Positions 38,974 through 49,393 of a stretch of 64,000 bases of DNA are shown here, in pieces. The position numbers and the translations under genes were made by a program. The number at the start of each line of letters is the position of its first letter. Position 1 is the first letter of the stretch. The stretch covers positions 96,080 through 160,079 of the forward strand of contig JAAFIQ010000006.1 of NCBI GenBank assembly GCA_013298715.1, read 5' to 3'. Below the pieces are notes generated by a model. The model was not told the origin of the DNA. It did no database searches and saw only the letters and a list, made by a program, of their open reading frames with translations. Origin of the DNA: Bacteroidota bacterium (GTDB lineage: Bacteria > Bacteroidota > Bacteroidia > B-17B0 > Aurantibacillaceae).

Positions 38974-39978
38974 TTATTGAACAATCAGTTTACCAGTTTT
39001 AAATAGTCCGGTATTAGATTTAATAGTGTAAATATAAATCCCTGCATTTAATTGCTCTAACGAAATGGTTTCATTTGTATCGCTGAGTTGTTTATATAGT
39101 CTAAGTTTTCCAGTTACATCATAAATAGATAATGTATTCTCTTGTTCTAAATTCTTTTGATCTAAAATTAATTTATTTTCAAAAAAATAGGCTGTAACAT
39201 TTACATTATTTAAAGATGAATTTGCTAATCCTGTAACCAATGTGCTTGAAGTTGAAGGTATATTTTCAGATTGAATAACTGCTTTTGTTGATGCATCTTG
39301 CAGAATTGCTAAAGTTGTAATTCTACTAAATACCCATGCCGAGTTGGCTACAGAAGAGTATACAAAAACTGCAGAATCGCCAACTGTGGTAGGAACAAAA
39401 ATGGAATTGCCAGATGTTCCTGATAATGATTTACGAAATACATCATAATGTTTTGGTTCTCCGTTTGACCCTGTATAAAAAACGGTATCTTCTGTTAAGG
39501 CTACAAATAATTGTAAGTTAGTATATGTATGCGTTGCAACTGCTTTTATAACTATTGTTGAGCGTATAGAGTCAGTGCCAAATTTTGTTTGACGAATTTT
39601 AACACTCAGTGCCGAGATTTGATTTAAGTAAGGAGCAAATAGAGAAGCCGCTGAGTAATCAGCCCCACTCGAAATAACCTGTCCTTGTATAACTAATCGT
39701 GGTGTCCCTCCAAAAATGCCGTAATAATTAGTTCTTGCATCGTTTTGTGAGGGATTGTGCATGCTTAGTGCACAGTTAGAATAAGGAGAACTAGGATGAA
39801 CTGCAAGGTGAATAACCCCACTTTGTGAAGCGTAATTTGAGTAAAATCCAGGATTTCTTATGGCGCAAATACCACATCGTGTATTTGTAAAATGTTCTAC
39901 AATTACTTTTTTAGGAACTTGGGCATCAACTCTATTCATCGAGTTAATTACTATTAGTAATAAAATTATTTTTTTCAT
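38974..39978 (-). CDS. T9SS type A sorting domain protein
   Basis: Signal peptide. C-terminal LSIYDVTGKLRL...LNAGIYIYTIKS...GKLIVQ secretion tail. N-terminal CGIC motif. Confidence 0.75.
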   Translation of the reverse strand: MKKIILLLIVINSMNRVDAQVPKKVIVEHFTNTRCGICAIRNPGFYSNYASQSGVIHLAVHPSSPYSNCALSMHNPSQNDARTNYYGIFGGTPRLVIQGQVISSGADYSAASLFAPYLNQISALSVKIRQTKFGTDSIRSTIVIKAVATHTYTNLQLFVALTEDTVFYTGSNGEPKHYDVFRKSLSGTSGNSIFVPTTVGDSAVFVYSSVANSAWVFSRITTLAILQDASTKAVIQSENIPSTSSTLVTGLANSSLNNVNVTAYFFENKLILDQKNLEQENTLSIYDVTGKLRLYKQLSDTNETISLEQLNAGIYIYTIKSNTGLFKTGKLIVQ

Positions 39979-40095
39979 AAGCTTGATACGTTAATTTATT
40001 TGGTAAAAGTAATTCAAAAAAAAATCAACTATTGTCGTATGCGCGACTTAAAGTTTATTTTATCACTTATAACTTTACAATCTAAAATTTAAATA

Positions 40096-40680
40096 ATGAA
40101 AAAACTACTATATCTATTTTGTACAGTACTAACCTTATCTGCCTTCATAGCTATTGAAAAACCGAGTGGTTTAATGGTTGGTCAACCTGCTCCTAATTTT
40201 ACAGCAAAAAATCAATTTGGAAATACAATTAAACTCAACGAAATTTTAAAATCACAAACCGTTGTATTAATATTCTATCGCGGCGAATGGTGCCCTTACT
40301 GTAATAAACAACTAAAGTTACTTGAAGATTCATTAAGTTTGATTTCAGCTAAGGGAGCCAAGGTAATTGCTATATCGCCAGAAAAGCAAGAAAACATTTC
40401 TAAAACACTAGAAAAAACCAAAGCAAGTTTTGATATAGTTTCTGATGAGAATTCAAAAATTATGGAAGCATACAAGGTGGGTTTTATATTAGATACAGTA
40501 ACAACAAAAAAGTATAAAACCTATGGAATAGACTTGGCTGAGAAAAATGGAAACAACCAAAACACATTACCAGTGCCAGCCGTTTACATTATTAATAAGG
40601 ATGGTAAAATAACCTACCGCTATTTTGATACAAATTATAAAAACAGAGCGAGTGTAAACAGTATCTTAAAAAATTTATAG
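40096..40680 (+). CDS. peroxiredoxin/redoxin family protein (AhpC/TSA-like)
   Basis: FYRGEWCPYCNKQL active-site region with a signal peptide. Confidence 0.85.
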   Translation: MKKLLYLFCTVLTLSAFIAIEKPSGLMVGQPAPNFTAKNQFGNTIKLNEILKSQTVVLIFYRGEWCPYCNKQLKLLEDSLSLISAKGAKVIAISPEKQENISKTLEKTKASFDIVSDENSKIMEAYKVGFILDTVTTKKYKTYGIDLAEKNGNNQNTLPVPAVYIINKDGKITYRYFDTNYKNRASVNSILKNL

Positions 40681-40685
40681 ACCTA

Positions 40686-41792
40686 ATGAACAGCCTTAGT
40701 GGGAATAGCAAATGTGATTATAAAAAACTATTCTTTCTCATAATTGTTATAGTTTGCAATCAACTGCTATCCGCTCCGGCTGATTCATTAAAAAATTTTA
40801 AGATAGGTGTTTTACCATCAGCATTTTATACACCAGAGACCAGTGTTGGTTTTGGAGGCTTAATGTTTACTCATTTTAAAACACAAAAAAAAGATACATT
40901 ACTTAGAAAATCGAATACACAAACCTATGCTTCTTATACGCTCAATAAACAATTTGCACTAGAGAATGATTATCAAATATGGTTAAAAAGCAATTTTATT
41001 TATTTAACCGGATCAGCAGATTTTAGTCGCTTTCCTGAATTTTTTTTCGGAATAGGCAATAACACAAAAGTATCTGATGCTGTTATGGTAGCATTTGATT
41101 TAATAAGAATTCAATCAAAAAATTTATTAAGGATAAAAAAAAACGCTTACGGCGGAATTGCATTTCACTATCAAAATCTTTATAATCAAGATGTAAAATT
41201 ATCCTCAAACAACTCCTGTACCAATGTTTACGGGAGTCAGGGTTATATTTCGGCGGGTATAGGTCCGATTTTTATTCTTGATAACAGAGATAATCCATTA
41301 AATCCATCAACGGGGTTTTACGTTGAAGCTGCGTATCTTGATTATGAAAGCTTAATTAAAAATGAAAATAGTTTTAGATCACTAACTCTCGATTTAAGAA
41401 AATACAACACCTTTTATAAAAAATTAATTTGGAACTGCAACGCTTATTTAAGTTTTAATAAAGGCGAAGTGCCTTACAGAATGCTACCAGAAATTGGTGG
41501 AGCAAGATTTTTAAGAGGCTACTACCGTGGCAGGTTTAGAGATAGTAATATGCTGTTAGTTCAGCAAGAAATTAGAATGCCAATTTACAAAATTATTGGC
41601 GTGGCCTTATTTGGTGGTATTGGCACGGTTGCAAATAACCTCGCTCAGTTTAAGTCTAATGAAATTCATCATAACTATGGCGCAGGCTTACGAATCAGAA
41701 TCAATAAAAAAGAAAATACCAATATTAGAATTGATTATGGTTTTACTAAAGATTCTCAGGGGTTGTATGTTGTTTTTGCGGAGGCGTTTTAG
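40686..41792 (+). CDS. Omp85/BamA-family outer membrane protein (surface antigen D15 barrel only)
   Basis: C-terminal barrel pattern FGGIGTV...YGAGLRIRI...IRIDYGF...VVFAEAF ending in F. Confidence 0.7.
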   Translation: MNSLSGNSKCDYKKLFFLIIVIVCNQLLSAPADSLKNFKIGVLPSAFYTPETSVGFGGLMFTHFKTQKKDTLLRKSNTQTYASYTLNKQFALENDYQIWLKSNFIYLTGSADFSRFPEFFFGIGNNTKVSDAVMVAFDLIRIQSKNLLRIKKNAYGGIAFHYQNLYNQDVKLSSNNSCTNVYGSQGYISAGIGPIFILDNRDNPLNPSTGFYVEAAYLDYESLIKNENSFRSLTLDLRKYNTFYKKLIWNCNAYLSFNKGEVPYRMLPEIGGARFLRGYYRGRFRDSNMLLVQQEIRMPIYKIIGVALFGGIGTVANNLAQFKSNEIHHNYGAGLRIRINKKENTNIRIDYGFTKDSQGLYVVFAEAF

Positions 41793-42459
41793 TTACCTGA
41801 TATTCCTAAATTGTTTACTCAGTAATATGGTGAGTCAAAAACCCTATAAAGAATTTTATAAAGATTCAACTGAATTTTATCTTTCAAAAAATAATTATTT
41901 GGCTAATAAAATAATTCCCATTGAGTTTAAAGATGCTATTCATATTGCACTAAATTTTTATCCAAATCTTAAAGCAACACAAATTAAATTCAAGATAAAG
42001 AAAAACAAGTCGCCGTTAACTGCTCGACCCACAATTTGGGCAATTTTTCAAAAGGCCTCAAAACGAAAATACATAATTACACTGAGTAATAAAACCAATT
42101 TGAAACTAACACCAATCTTATTCCAAAATTTATCTTTTAACGCACAAATAGGTGTAATTGGTCATGAGCTTGCCCATATCGATTTTTACAATACTAAAAA
42201 AGGAATTTATTTTATTAAGTTAGCTTTACTCCATTTAAGCAAAAAATCGATGGATAAATTTGAATTTAATACTGACAAACGCTGTATTGAGAGTGGTTTG
42301 GGCTATCAACTATTAAATTGGAGTAAAGAGGTAAGAGAAAAATTAAAATTAAAACAATGGGGCGGTTCTTCCATGCCTACTGCAAAAAAAGAAAGATACA
42401 TGAATCCAGAAACAATTTTAAAACATATAAAAAACAATCCTTTATATAATCTCAATTAA
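41767..42459 (+). CDS. putative zinc metallopeptidase-like protein (HExxH)
   Basis: GVIGHELAHIDF motif. I prefer the start at ATG 41767 (MLFLRRRFSYLIFLNC, signal/lipobox-like) over the tracked 41596, which would overlap the upstream gene by ~200 nt. Confidence 0.45.
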   Translation: MLFLRRRFSYLIFLNCLLSNMVSQKPYKEFYKDSTEFYLSKNNYLANKIIPIEFKDAIHIALNFYPNLKATQIKFKIKKNKSPLTARPTIWAIFQKASKRKYIITLSNKTNLKLTPILFQNLSFNAQIGVIGHELAHIDFYNTKKGIYFIKLALLHLSKKSMDKFEFNTDKRCIESGLGYQLLNWSKEVREKLKLKQWGGSSMPTAKKERYMNPETILKHIKNNPLYNLN

Positions 42460-42539
42460 ATTTATTAAAACGTCGGGTGTATGACATTTAATTAACTCGC
42501 TTTTCACCACCTTTGTTAAATAAACTTTGTTTCTGTTTT

Positions 42540-43280
42540 ATGAAAAAATCAGTTCTATTTATTTTATCGCTTCTTGTATTTAATAAACTTATTTACGCAC
42601 AAGAAGTAAGTACCGAAAAAAAAGGATATAAATACAACAACAATTTTGATTTAGCGCTATCAACCAGTGGCAATCAGTTTTCTGGCGCTCCTTCTTGGGT
42701 TAAGTTTCACAACATCACAAAAAAGCAGCGGTTTAAACTTGGATATGGTGTACGCTTTACTGCTCAAGGTGGCAGTAATTTGTACTACACAACTGCACCT
42801 GCCATACTAACCTCTAAACAAAAGGGGCCACAAGTTTTGTTCTCAGAAACTTTTCCAGAAAATATTGATACTTTTCTTGTTACAAATTCGCAAAACAATT
42901 CATTAAATATAAGCATCAACCTTCAATACACCATTAAAGAAAAAATTGATATTGGATTTAATATTGATGCACTTGGTTTTACATTTGGTGCCGCAACTAC
43001 CGGAAAATACATTGCTTACCAATCAAAAGAGAGTGGTAGCAATCAAACTGCCAAACCAACAGCCTTTAATGTTTTGCTGATAAGTGATAACGATATTGGA
43101 ATGTTAAATTCAGAACTATACCTCCGTTATTGGTTGAATAAAAGAGTTGGCATTAGAGCAGGAGTAACTTTTATTTTTACTGAGTATACAACAACAAATA
43201 AACTACGCTTGGATAACAACCGTTGGAGAAATAAAGCTTTAATGGGAATGATAGGAATAACTTTTTCGCCTTTCAGATAA
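42540..43280 (+). CDS. hypothetical outer-membrane beta-barrel-like protein
   Basis: Signal peptide MKKSVLFILSLLVFNKLIYAQ, alternating beta-strand-like pattern, C-terminal F-containing strand (IGITFSPFR). Confidence 0.45.
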   Translation: MKKSVLFILSLLVFNKLIYAQEVSTEKKGYKYNNNFDLALSTSGNQFSGAPSWVKFHNITKKQRFKLGYGVRFTAQGGSNLYYTTAPAILTSKQKGPQVLFSETFPENIDTFLVTNSQNNSLNISINLQYTIKEKIDIGFNIDALGFTFGAATTGKYIAYQSKESGSNQTAKPTAFNVLLISDNDIGMLNSELYLRYWLNKRVGIRAGVTFIFTEYTTTNKLRLDNNRWRNKALMGMIGITFSPFR

Positions 43281-43351
43281 TTTAAAATACTGAAACAGTT
43301 AAAGTAAAAAAGTCTTTTTATTAATTTAAAACAACTCGCTAAATATTATTA

Positions 43352-43903
43352 ATGAAAAAATACCTTTTTATTATATTAAACTTAATTTGCATTTTGGCAG
43401 CGTCGCAAACCACAGCACCACAAAATCAAGAATGGTTAGTTAGCTCCGCAACCATAACATTTAAAATAAAAAATGCAGGTTTTTATGTTGATGGTTCATT
43501 CACAGGACTTTCTGCCAAAATTTTTTTTGATGGAAGTAAGAATTACGGAAACTCTATTGAGGCTTCTCTTGATTCAAAATCTATAGTTACAGGTAACGGT
43601 TCGCGTGATGGTCATTTAAAAAAACCTAGTTATTTTGATATAGCAAATTTCGCTACAATAAGCATGAAGGCTAATTTATTTGGCAAAGAACCCAACGGAA
43701 ATTTTAGAGGTCATTTTAAACTCACTATTAAAGGCAAAACAAAAGATATAATTATACCCTTTACTTTTACCGAGAAAGATAGTAAAGCAATTTTTAAAGG
43801 AACGTTTACTATAAATCGCCTAGACTTTGGCGTTGGCGAATCAAGTATTGTGCTTTCCAACAACGTAATAATTAGCCTTGAAGTACATTCTAACAAAAAA
43901 TAA
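43352..43903 (+). CDS. YceI family protein
   Basis: Signal peptide. FKIKNAGFYVDGSF, GNGSRDGHLK and FTINRLDFGVG motifs. Confidence 0.85.
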   Translation: MKKYLFIILNLICILAASQTTAPQNQEWLVSSATITFKIKNAGFYVDGSFTGLSAKIFFDGSKNYGNSIEASLDSKSIVTGNGSRDGHLKKPSYFDIANFATISMKANLFGKEPNGNFRGHFKLTIKGKTKDIIIPFTFTEKDSKAIFKGTFTINRLDFGVGESSIVLSNNVIISLEVHSNKK

Positions 43904-43904
43904 T

Positions 43905-44405
43905 ATGTTAAAAGAAGAAGCTATAAAACAATTAATAAATCTAACTTCAATTTTAAGTCAGATTAAAGAAAACGACTACAAAGCCTCTATTACTCAACTG
44001 AAGGGAGCTTCCATTGGTAAGCACGTTAGGCATGTTGTAGAATTTTACGGTTGCTTATTTCTTAACAACAATGGTAGAAGTGTAAACTACGACTCAAGAC
44101 AAAGAAATCTATTACTCGAAGAAAATTTAAAGTACACCGAAGACTATATCACTGAAATTATTGATGCACTAACTAGGATAGAAACCAACTCCAGAATGTT
44201 ATTAATTTCTAGTTACCAAAACCAATCAGTTACAATGGAATCTTCACTCTATAGAGAATTAAGTTATAATATTGAGCATACAGTTCATCACCTAGCAATT
44301 ATTAGTATTGTTATTCCAACACATTTTCCTTATATTATTTTATCAGAAAATTTTGGTTACGCTGATTCTACAATTCAATATTTAAAATCCACCACCATTG
44401 CTTAG
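43905..44405 (+). CDS. DinB-like helical-bundle protein (tentative)
   Basis: His-rich positions reminiscent of the DinB metal triad (GKHVRHVVEFY ... NIEHTVHHLAIISI). ATG lies 1 nt after the YceI stop. Confidence 0.4.
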   Translation: MLKEEAIKQLINLTSILSQIKENDYKASITQLKGASIGKHVRHVVEFYGCLFLNNNGRSVNYDSRQRNLLLEENLKYTEDYITEIIDALTRIETNSRMLLISSYQNQSVTMESSLYRELSYNIEHTVHHLAIISIVIPTHFPYIILSENFGYADSTIQYLKSTTIA

Positions 44406-44411
44406 TCGTTT

Positions 44412-45140
44412 ATGTGTACAGTAACGTATCTGCCAATTAATCAACATGAGTTTATTCTCACTTCTAACAGAGATGAAGATGTAACACGCCCAGCAGCTTT
44501 ACCAGTTAGCGAATACAAAATACATAATAGAACCATTTATTTTCCTAAAGATCAAAAAGCAAACGGAACTTGGATTGCTCACAACGAAGCCGGATACACC
44601 TTGTGTTTGTTAAATGGCGCTTACGTTCCGCATGTACAAAAACCTCAATATAAAAAAAGCAGAGGTATATTGCTGTTAGATTTTTATAGGTACAATGATG
44701 CAGAAACTTTTGTTAAAACCTACGATTTTAGTGAGATAGAACCTTTTACATTACTACTAGTTTACTCTTGCTCAACATCAAAAAAAGTAATTTTACACGA
44801 ATTAAAATGGGATGAAGAAAATGCTGTGCTTACTCTTTGCGATTCATCACTACCCCATATTTGGTCTTCAGTTACGCTCTATTCGAACGAGATTATTAAA
44901 GCCAGGGAAAGTTGGTTTCAACAATGGTTAACAGAAAATACAGTTTTTAATTCAGATGCAATTCTTTTTTTTCATCACTTTGGCGGAAACGGTTCAAACC
45001 ACAATGATTTAATTATTAACCGAGGCACAAAAAAAACAGTGAATATTTGTTGCATCCACAAAAGTAGTTTAAGTACAATCATTATTTACGAAGATATTTT
45101 GAGTAAAAAACTTTATAAAAGTAAAATAATAAATTGCTGA
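44412..45140 (+). CDS. NRDE (TANGO2-like) family protein
   Basis: N-terminal MCTVTY (Cys2) and the eponymous SNRDE motif (LTSNRDEDVTRPA). Confidence 0.8.
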   Translation: MCTVTYLPINQHEFILTSNRDEDVTRPAALPVSEYKIHNRTIYFPKDQKANGTWIAHNEAGYTLCLLNGAYVPHVQKPQYKKSRGILLLDFYRYNDAETFVKTYDFSEIEPFTLLLVYSCSTSKKVILHELKWDEENAVLTLCDSSLPHIWSSVTLYSNEIIKARESWFQQWLTENTVFNSDAILFFHHFGGNGSNHNDLIINRGTKKTVNICCIHKSSLSTIIIYEDILSKKLYKSKIINC

Positions 45141-46165
45141 TGCGCACACCGTTATTCCTAGCAAAATTTAGCAGGTATGAGTACTGGCCTTTTTGGTTGT
45201 TTTACCTCCCTGTACTTCCGTATTGGCTATATTTATCTATCAAAAATAAGTCCTTCGCTTTTTTTACTGCTGCTAATCCAGCAATAGAATTAGGCGGATT
45301 TTATGGCGAAAGTAAAACCGAAATTTTAAGCATGATTCACAGCCGCTATTTACCCATTTCATTAACAGTAAGTAACACAATAAAAATAGAAATTGTGTTA
45401 GAAAATTTTAAATCTACGTTACAAAATTTTCCTGTTGTTGCTAAGCCCGATGTAGGCGAGCGTGGAACAAAAGTTACTGTAATTAAATGCATAGATGATT
45501 TAAAAAAATACCATACCGAGAGCAGTTCTAAATACATAATTCAAGAATTTATTGATTATAAAATCGAGTTAGGTATTTTGTACAGTAGAATGCCTGATTC
45601 AAACACAGGAAAAGTAAGCTCAATAACTTTAAAAGAATTTTTAAGTGTAACTGGCGATGGCAAATCAACTATAAAGCAATTAATGCAAAAAAACTTACGT
45701 TCACGCTTTCAAATTAAACGGTTGAATAAGCAATTAGGCGAAAAAATGGAAACTATACTTGAAAATGGCAAAGTTCAAATTTTAGAACCTATTGGCAACC
45801 ATTGCCGCGGCACAAAATTTATAGACAACAACTTTTTAATAAACGAAGAATTAAATCGTGTTTTTGATAAAATATGTTTGCCAATAAAAGGTTTTTACTA
45901 CGGCCGTTTTGATTTAAAAGTTAAGGATATTGAAAGTTTGTACCAAGGAGAGAATATTAAAATAATGGAACTTAATGGAGCAAGCTCTGAGCCTGGACAT
46001 ATTTACGAACCAAGTTCCACTTTATTAAAAGCATATAAAGATTTAATGTATCATTGGAAATTATTGGCATTAATTTCAGCCAAAAATATTAAAGATGGCG
46101 TTAAACCAGCCTCATTTACTTTAATTGCAAGAAGTTACTTAAAAAATGTTCTTTTAAAAAACTAA
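45140..46165 (+). CDS. ATP-grasp domain protein with N-terminal membrane segment
   Basis: ATG overlaps the NRDE stop (TGATG). ATP-grasp-like VVAKPDVGERGTKV, IIQEFIDY and VTGDGKSTIKQLM (the last resembling the cyanophycin synthetase/RimK clade), plus ELNGASSEPGH. Confidence 0.6.
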   Translation: MRTPLFLAKFSRYEYWPFWLFYLPVLPYWLYLSIKNKSFAFFTAANPAIELGGFYGESKTEILSMIHSRYLPISLTVSNTIKIEIVLENFKSTLQNFPVVAKPDVGERGTKVTVIKCIDDLKKYHTESSSKYIIQEFIDYKIELGILYSRMPDSNTGKVSSITLKEFLSVTGDGKSTIKQLMQKNLRSRFQIKRLNKQLGEKMETILENGKVQILEPIGNHCRGTKFIDNNFLINEELNRVFDKICLPIKGFYYGRFDLKVKDIESLYQGENIKIMELNGASSEPGHIYEPSSTLLKAYKDLMYHWKLLALISAKNIKDGVKPASFTLIARSYLKNVLLKN

Positions 46166-46269
46166 AACCATCCATTTTAATTCCGATTTCTTCACCTCCT
46201 GCAATAAAAAATAAACAAACGCGGTACAAATTTGTTAGAATCTCAGAATCCGAAATTCAATAAAAATGC

Positions 46270-46277
46270 TATTTTTG
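46270..46277 (+). promoter_or_regulatory. Bacteroidota -7 promoter box (TATTTTTG)
   Basis: TAnnTTTG match 49 nt upstream of the etfB ATG. Confidence 0.4.
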
Positions 46278-46326
46278 TACCACTTATAAAATTTTAGCAA
46301 TAACAGTTCAAAAAAAACTATAATTT

Positions 46327-47070
46327 ATGAAAATACTAGTTGCCATTAGTAACGTGCCCGACACAACTACAAAAATTCAGTTTAGCGATAACGATACCAA
46401 ATTCAATACAGCAGGTGTAACCTTTGTGATTAATCCTTATGATGAGTGGTATGCATTAGTAAGAGCCTTAGAAATTAAAGAAGCTGGTAAGGCCGAAAAA
46501 GTAACAATAATTCACGTAGGTCTTGCTGATAGCGAAGCTACTATAAGAAAAGGTTTGGCTTTAGGTGCAGATGATGCCGTGCGTGTGGATGCTGAAGGAC
46601 CTGATGCGTTTTTTGTTGCTGAACAAGTTGCTAATTATGCAAAAACTAATGGCTATGATTTAATTATGGCAGGTAAAGAAACAATTAATTACAATGGAAG
46701 TAGTGTAGGGGCTTTAATAGCCGGAATTATAGATTTACCATTTGTTTCTCTTGCAACTAAATTAGACATTGAAGGTAACAAAGCCATAATTGAACATGAA
46801 GTAGATGGCGGTGCGCAAGTTGTAGAATGTGAACTACCCCTGGTGCTAAGTGCCGCAAAAGGTATGGCAGAACAACGTATACCTAACATGCGTGGTATTA
46901 TGGCGGCGCGTACAAAACCACTTTCGGTAGTTGCGGCAATTGGTGGTGCACCACTTACATCTATTAAATCATTTACACTAAGCGCTGGGCGTACAACCTG
47001 TAAAATGCTTACTGAGGATAATTTAGATGAATTAGTAAATTTATTACATACCGAAGCAAAAGTTATCTAA
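46327..47070 (+). CDS. etfB: electron transfer flavoprotein subunit beta
   Basis: MKILVAISNVPDTTTKI, LIMAGKETINYNGSSVG, 247 aa. Confidence 0.9.
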   Translation: MKILVAISNVPDTTTKIQFSDNDTKFNTAGVTFVINPYDEWYALVRALEIKEAGKAEKVTIIHVGLADSEATIRKGLALGADDAVRVDAEGPDAFFVAEQVANYAKTNGYDLIMAGKETINYNGSSVGALIAGIIDLPFVSLATKLDIEGNKAIIEHEVDGGAQVVECELPLVLSAAKGMAEQRIPNMRGIMAARTKPLSVVAAIGGAPLTSIKSFTLSAGRTTCKMLTEDNLDELVNLLHTEAKVI

Positions 47071-47100
47071 TTAAAATTAAAAACTTAAAAAACTAATAAA

Positions 47101-48081
47101 ATGTCAGTACTTGTATATACAGAAATTAACAAAGGCCGAGTAAAAAAAGCATCTTTAGAGTGCGTAAATTATGCAAAAAAAATTGCAGAATTAACTGGTA
47201 CAACCGTTACAGCAGTTGTAAATAATGCAGATTTAGCTCAGTTAGAAGAGCTTGGAAAAGCTGGAGCAAATAAAATTTTATCAATTAAAAACGAAAAATT
47301 AAATACTGATAGTATTTACATCACAGCTGCCGTTGAACAAGCAGCAAACGCAGAAAATTCAAAAACAATAATTTTTGCATTTGACATTACTGGAAAATCA
47401 GTTGCCCCACGCTTATCAGCGAAATTAAAAGCTGGTTTGGTTGCAGGCGCAGTAGATTACCCAGTTGTAAATGGCAATACGTTAGAAGTTAAAAAAAATG
47501 TATTCTCAGGAAAAGCAACAGCAGTTTACACAATTCATACGGATGTAAAAGTTATTTCTTTACTACCAAATAGTTTTCCTGTTGTGTTTGGAGCCAACGC
47601 AGCCAATGTGGTTGATTTTAGTGTTGATTTAGGTGCAGTTCAATCAAAAATTGTGGTTAAAGAATTAAAAACAAATTCAGACGGTGGTATGGTACCGTTA
47701 CCTGAAGCAGAATTGGTTGTAAGTGCTGGTCGTGGCTTAAAAGGTCCAGAGCATTGGGGTATTATCGAAGATTTAGCAAAATCATTAAACGCAACTACAG
47801 CATGCTCTCGTCCTGTGGCAGATATGCACTGGCGTCCGCATCATGAGCACGTTGGTCAAACTGGTGTTGCTATACGTCCTAATTTATATATTGCAGTTGG
47901 CATAAGCGGAGCAATTCAGCACTTAGCTGGAGTAAATGGAAGTAAAACTATTGTTGTTATTAATAACGACAAAGAAGCGCCTTTCTTTAAATCGGCAGAT
48001 TATGGCATTATTGGCGATGCGTTTACCATAGTTCCAAAACTTACCGAGGCGGTTAAAAAATTCAAAGCCAACCAAAACTAA
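47101..48081 (+). CDS. etfA: electron transfer flavoprotein subunit alpha
   Basis: FAD-binding C-terminus VVSAGRGLKGPEHW, QTGVAIRPNLYIAVGISGAIQHLAG. Confidence 0.9.
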   Translation: MSVLVYTEINKGRVKKASLECVNYAKKIAELTGTTVTAVVNNADLAQLEELGKAGANKILSIKNEKLNTDSIYITAAVEQAANAENSKTIIFAFDITGKSVAPRLSAKLKAGLVAGAVDYPVVNGNTLEVKKNVFSGKATAVYTIHTDVKVISLLPNSFPVVFGANAANVVDFSVDLGAVQSKIVVKELKTNSDGGMVPLPEAELVVSAGRGLKGPEHWGIIEDLAKSLNATTACSRPVADMHWRPHHEHVGQTGVAIRPNLYIAVGISGAIQHLAGVNGSKTIVVINNDKEAPFFKSADYGIIGDAFTIVPKLTEAVKKFKANQN

Positions 48082-48110
48082 ACTTTTTTTATTATATTTA
48101 AGTCCCCTTA

Positions 48111-48722
48111 ATGAAGAAAGTTCGTTTAGAAATCGTAGGTTTATCATACAGCCAAACCCAAAGTGGTGCCTATGCGCTTGTGCTCGGAGAAAGTGCCGGA
48201 TCAAGGCGTTTACCAATAATTATTGGCGGATTTGAGGCGCAAGCCATTGCAATTGAGCTCGAAAAAATGAGTCCGAGTAGGCCGCTAACACACGATTTAT
48301 TTAGAGCTTTTGCAGATAAGTTTGAGATTAATGTTACCGAGGTTTTAATTTACAATTTAGTAGAAGGAATTTTTTACGCCAAACTAATTTGTATTAGTGG
48401 CGATAAAGAAGTTGAAATAGATGCACGCACCAGCGATGCCATTGCAATTGCCGTGCGTTTTGCTTGCCCAATATTTACTTACGAATTTATTTTAAAAAGC
48501 GCTGGTATAGTGTTGGATGATGAAAATGTGGCAGGCGCTGAAAAAACTGAAAATAAAGATTTACAAGAAGTTACCGAGGAGAATGTAAAAGCTGAACCTG
48601 GCGAATACAAAGGTAAAAGCACCGAAGAATTAAAAAACATGCTACAAACCGCCTTAGACGAGGAACAATACGAAGTTGCCTCAAAGATTCGAGATGAACT
48701 GAATACAAGGAAGAAATCGTAG
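48111..48722 (+). CDS. bifunctional nuclease family protein (DUF151) with UVR-like C-terminal motif
   Basis: RLPIIIGGFEAQAIAIELE, RPLTHDL, DARTSDAIAIAVR, and C-terminal EEQYEVASKIRDEL. Confidence 0.8.
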   Translation: MKKVRLEIVGLSYSQTQSGAYALVLGESAGSRRLPIIIGGFEAQAIAIELEKMSPSRPLTHDLFRAFADKFEINVTEVLIYNLVEGIFYAKLICISGDKEVEIDARTSDAIAIAVRFACPIFTYEFILKSAGIVLDDENVAGAEKTENKDLQEVTEENVKAEPGEYKGKSTEELKNMLQTALDEEQYEVASKIRDELNTRKKS

Positions 48723-48866
48723 CTTGGTGTATATTTATACTTAACTTTTAGTAAAAAAATTCCATTTTTCACAATTTTTTTTCTACCTATTGGTTATGCT
48801 AAGAATTTAGCTATAAATCCATTATTGTAAGTTTAACTACTGATATTTGATTTAAAAATATAGATT

Positions 48867-49298
48867 ATGAACGTAATAAAAATTAAGAACAAGACCATTT
48901 ATTTTGACATGAGTAGTGAATTCCCAAATCGAGATAAATCTTGGGAACTTTATCTTAACGATATTAGTGTGATTGGAAAAATAAATAAAATGGATGGAGA
49001 TGAAGACAGCGACTTTTTATTGCTGATTGATAAAAAATTAGAAAAATACTTTTTGAGTCTTAATTTTAGGATTGACGGATTGGAAATTGCTTTAGCTGAA
49101 TTAGCACGCCATTTTCAAATAGATTTTAATAAAATAGTAATTGATAATGCTGTAGTTCTTTATCCAAAAGAAATTGAAAACAAAGGATTGTATAAAAATT
49201 CATTTGTCAACACTTTAAAAACGGTTCTAGTCGCAACACATGTGGCAGATGGGAATATTACAGACGAAGTTAAAAATTATGTAGAAAGTAAAAATTAA
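48867..49298 (+). CDS. hypothetical protein (143 aa)
   Basis: Isolated ORF with no motif I recognise. Confidence 0.45.
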   Translation: MNVIKIKNKTIYFDMSSEFPNRDKSWELYLNDISVIGKINKMDGDEDSDFLLLIDKKLEKYFLSLNFRIDGLEIALAELARHFQIDFNKIVIDNAVVLYPKEIENKGLYKNSFVNTLKTVLVATHVADGNITDEVKNYVESKN

Positions 49299-49393
49299 TT
49301 TTATTTTTCAGCTGAATATACTGTATTTGTAATAAATTACTCACACCACGCCATCCCCGAACCTTTTATTTACAATGTTCATTAGTATAATTT

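Noticed and set aside
41596-41766. Upstream extension of the HExxH protein ORF (tracked start 41596).
   Set aside because: It would overlap the C-terminal barrel strands of the Omp85-family gene by ~200 nt. The in-frame ATG at 41767 yields a signal/lipobox-like N-terminus.
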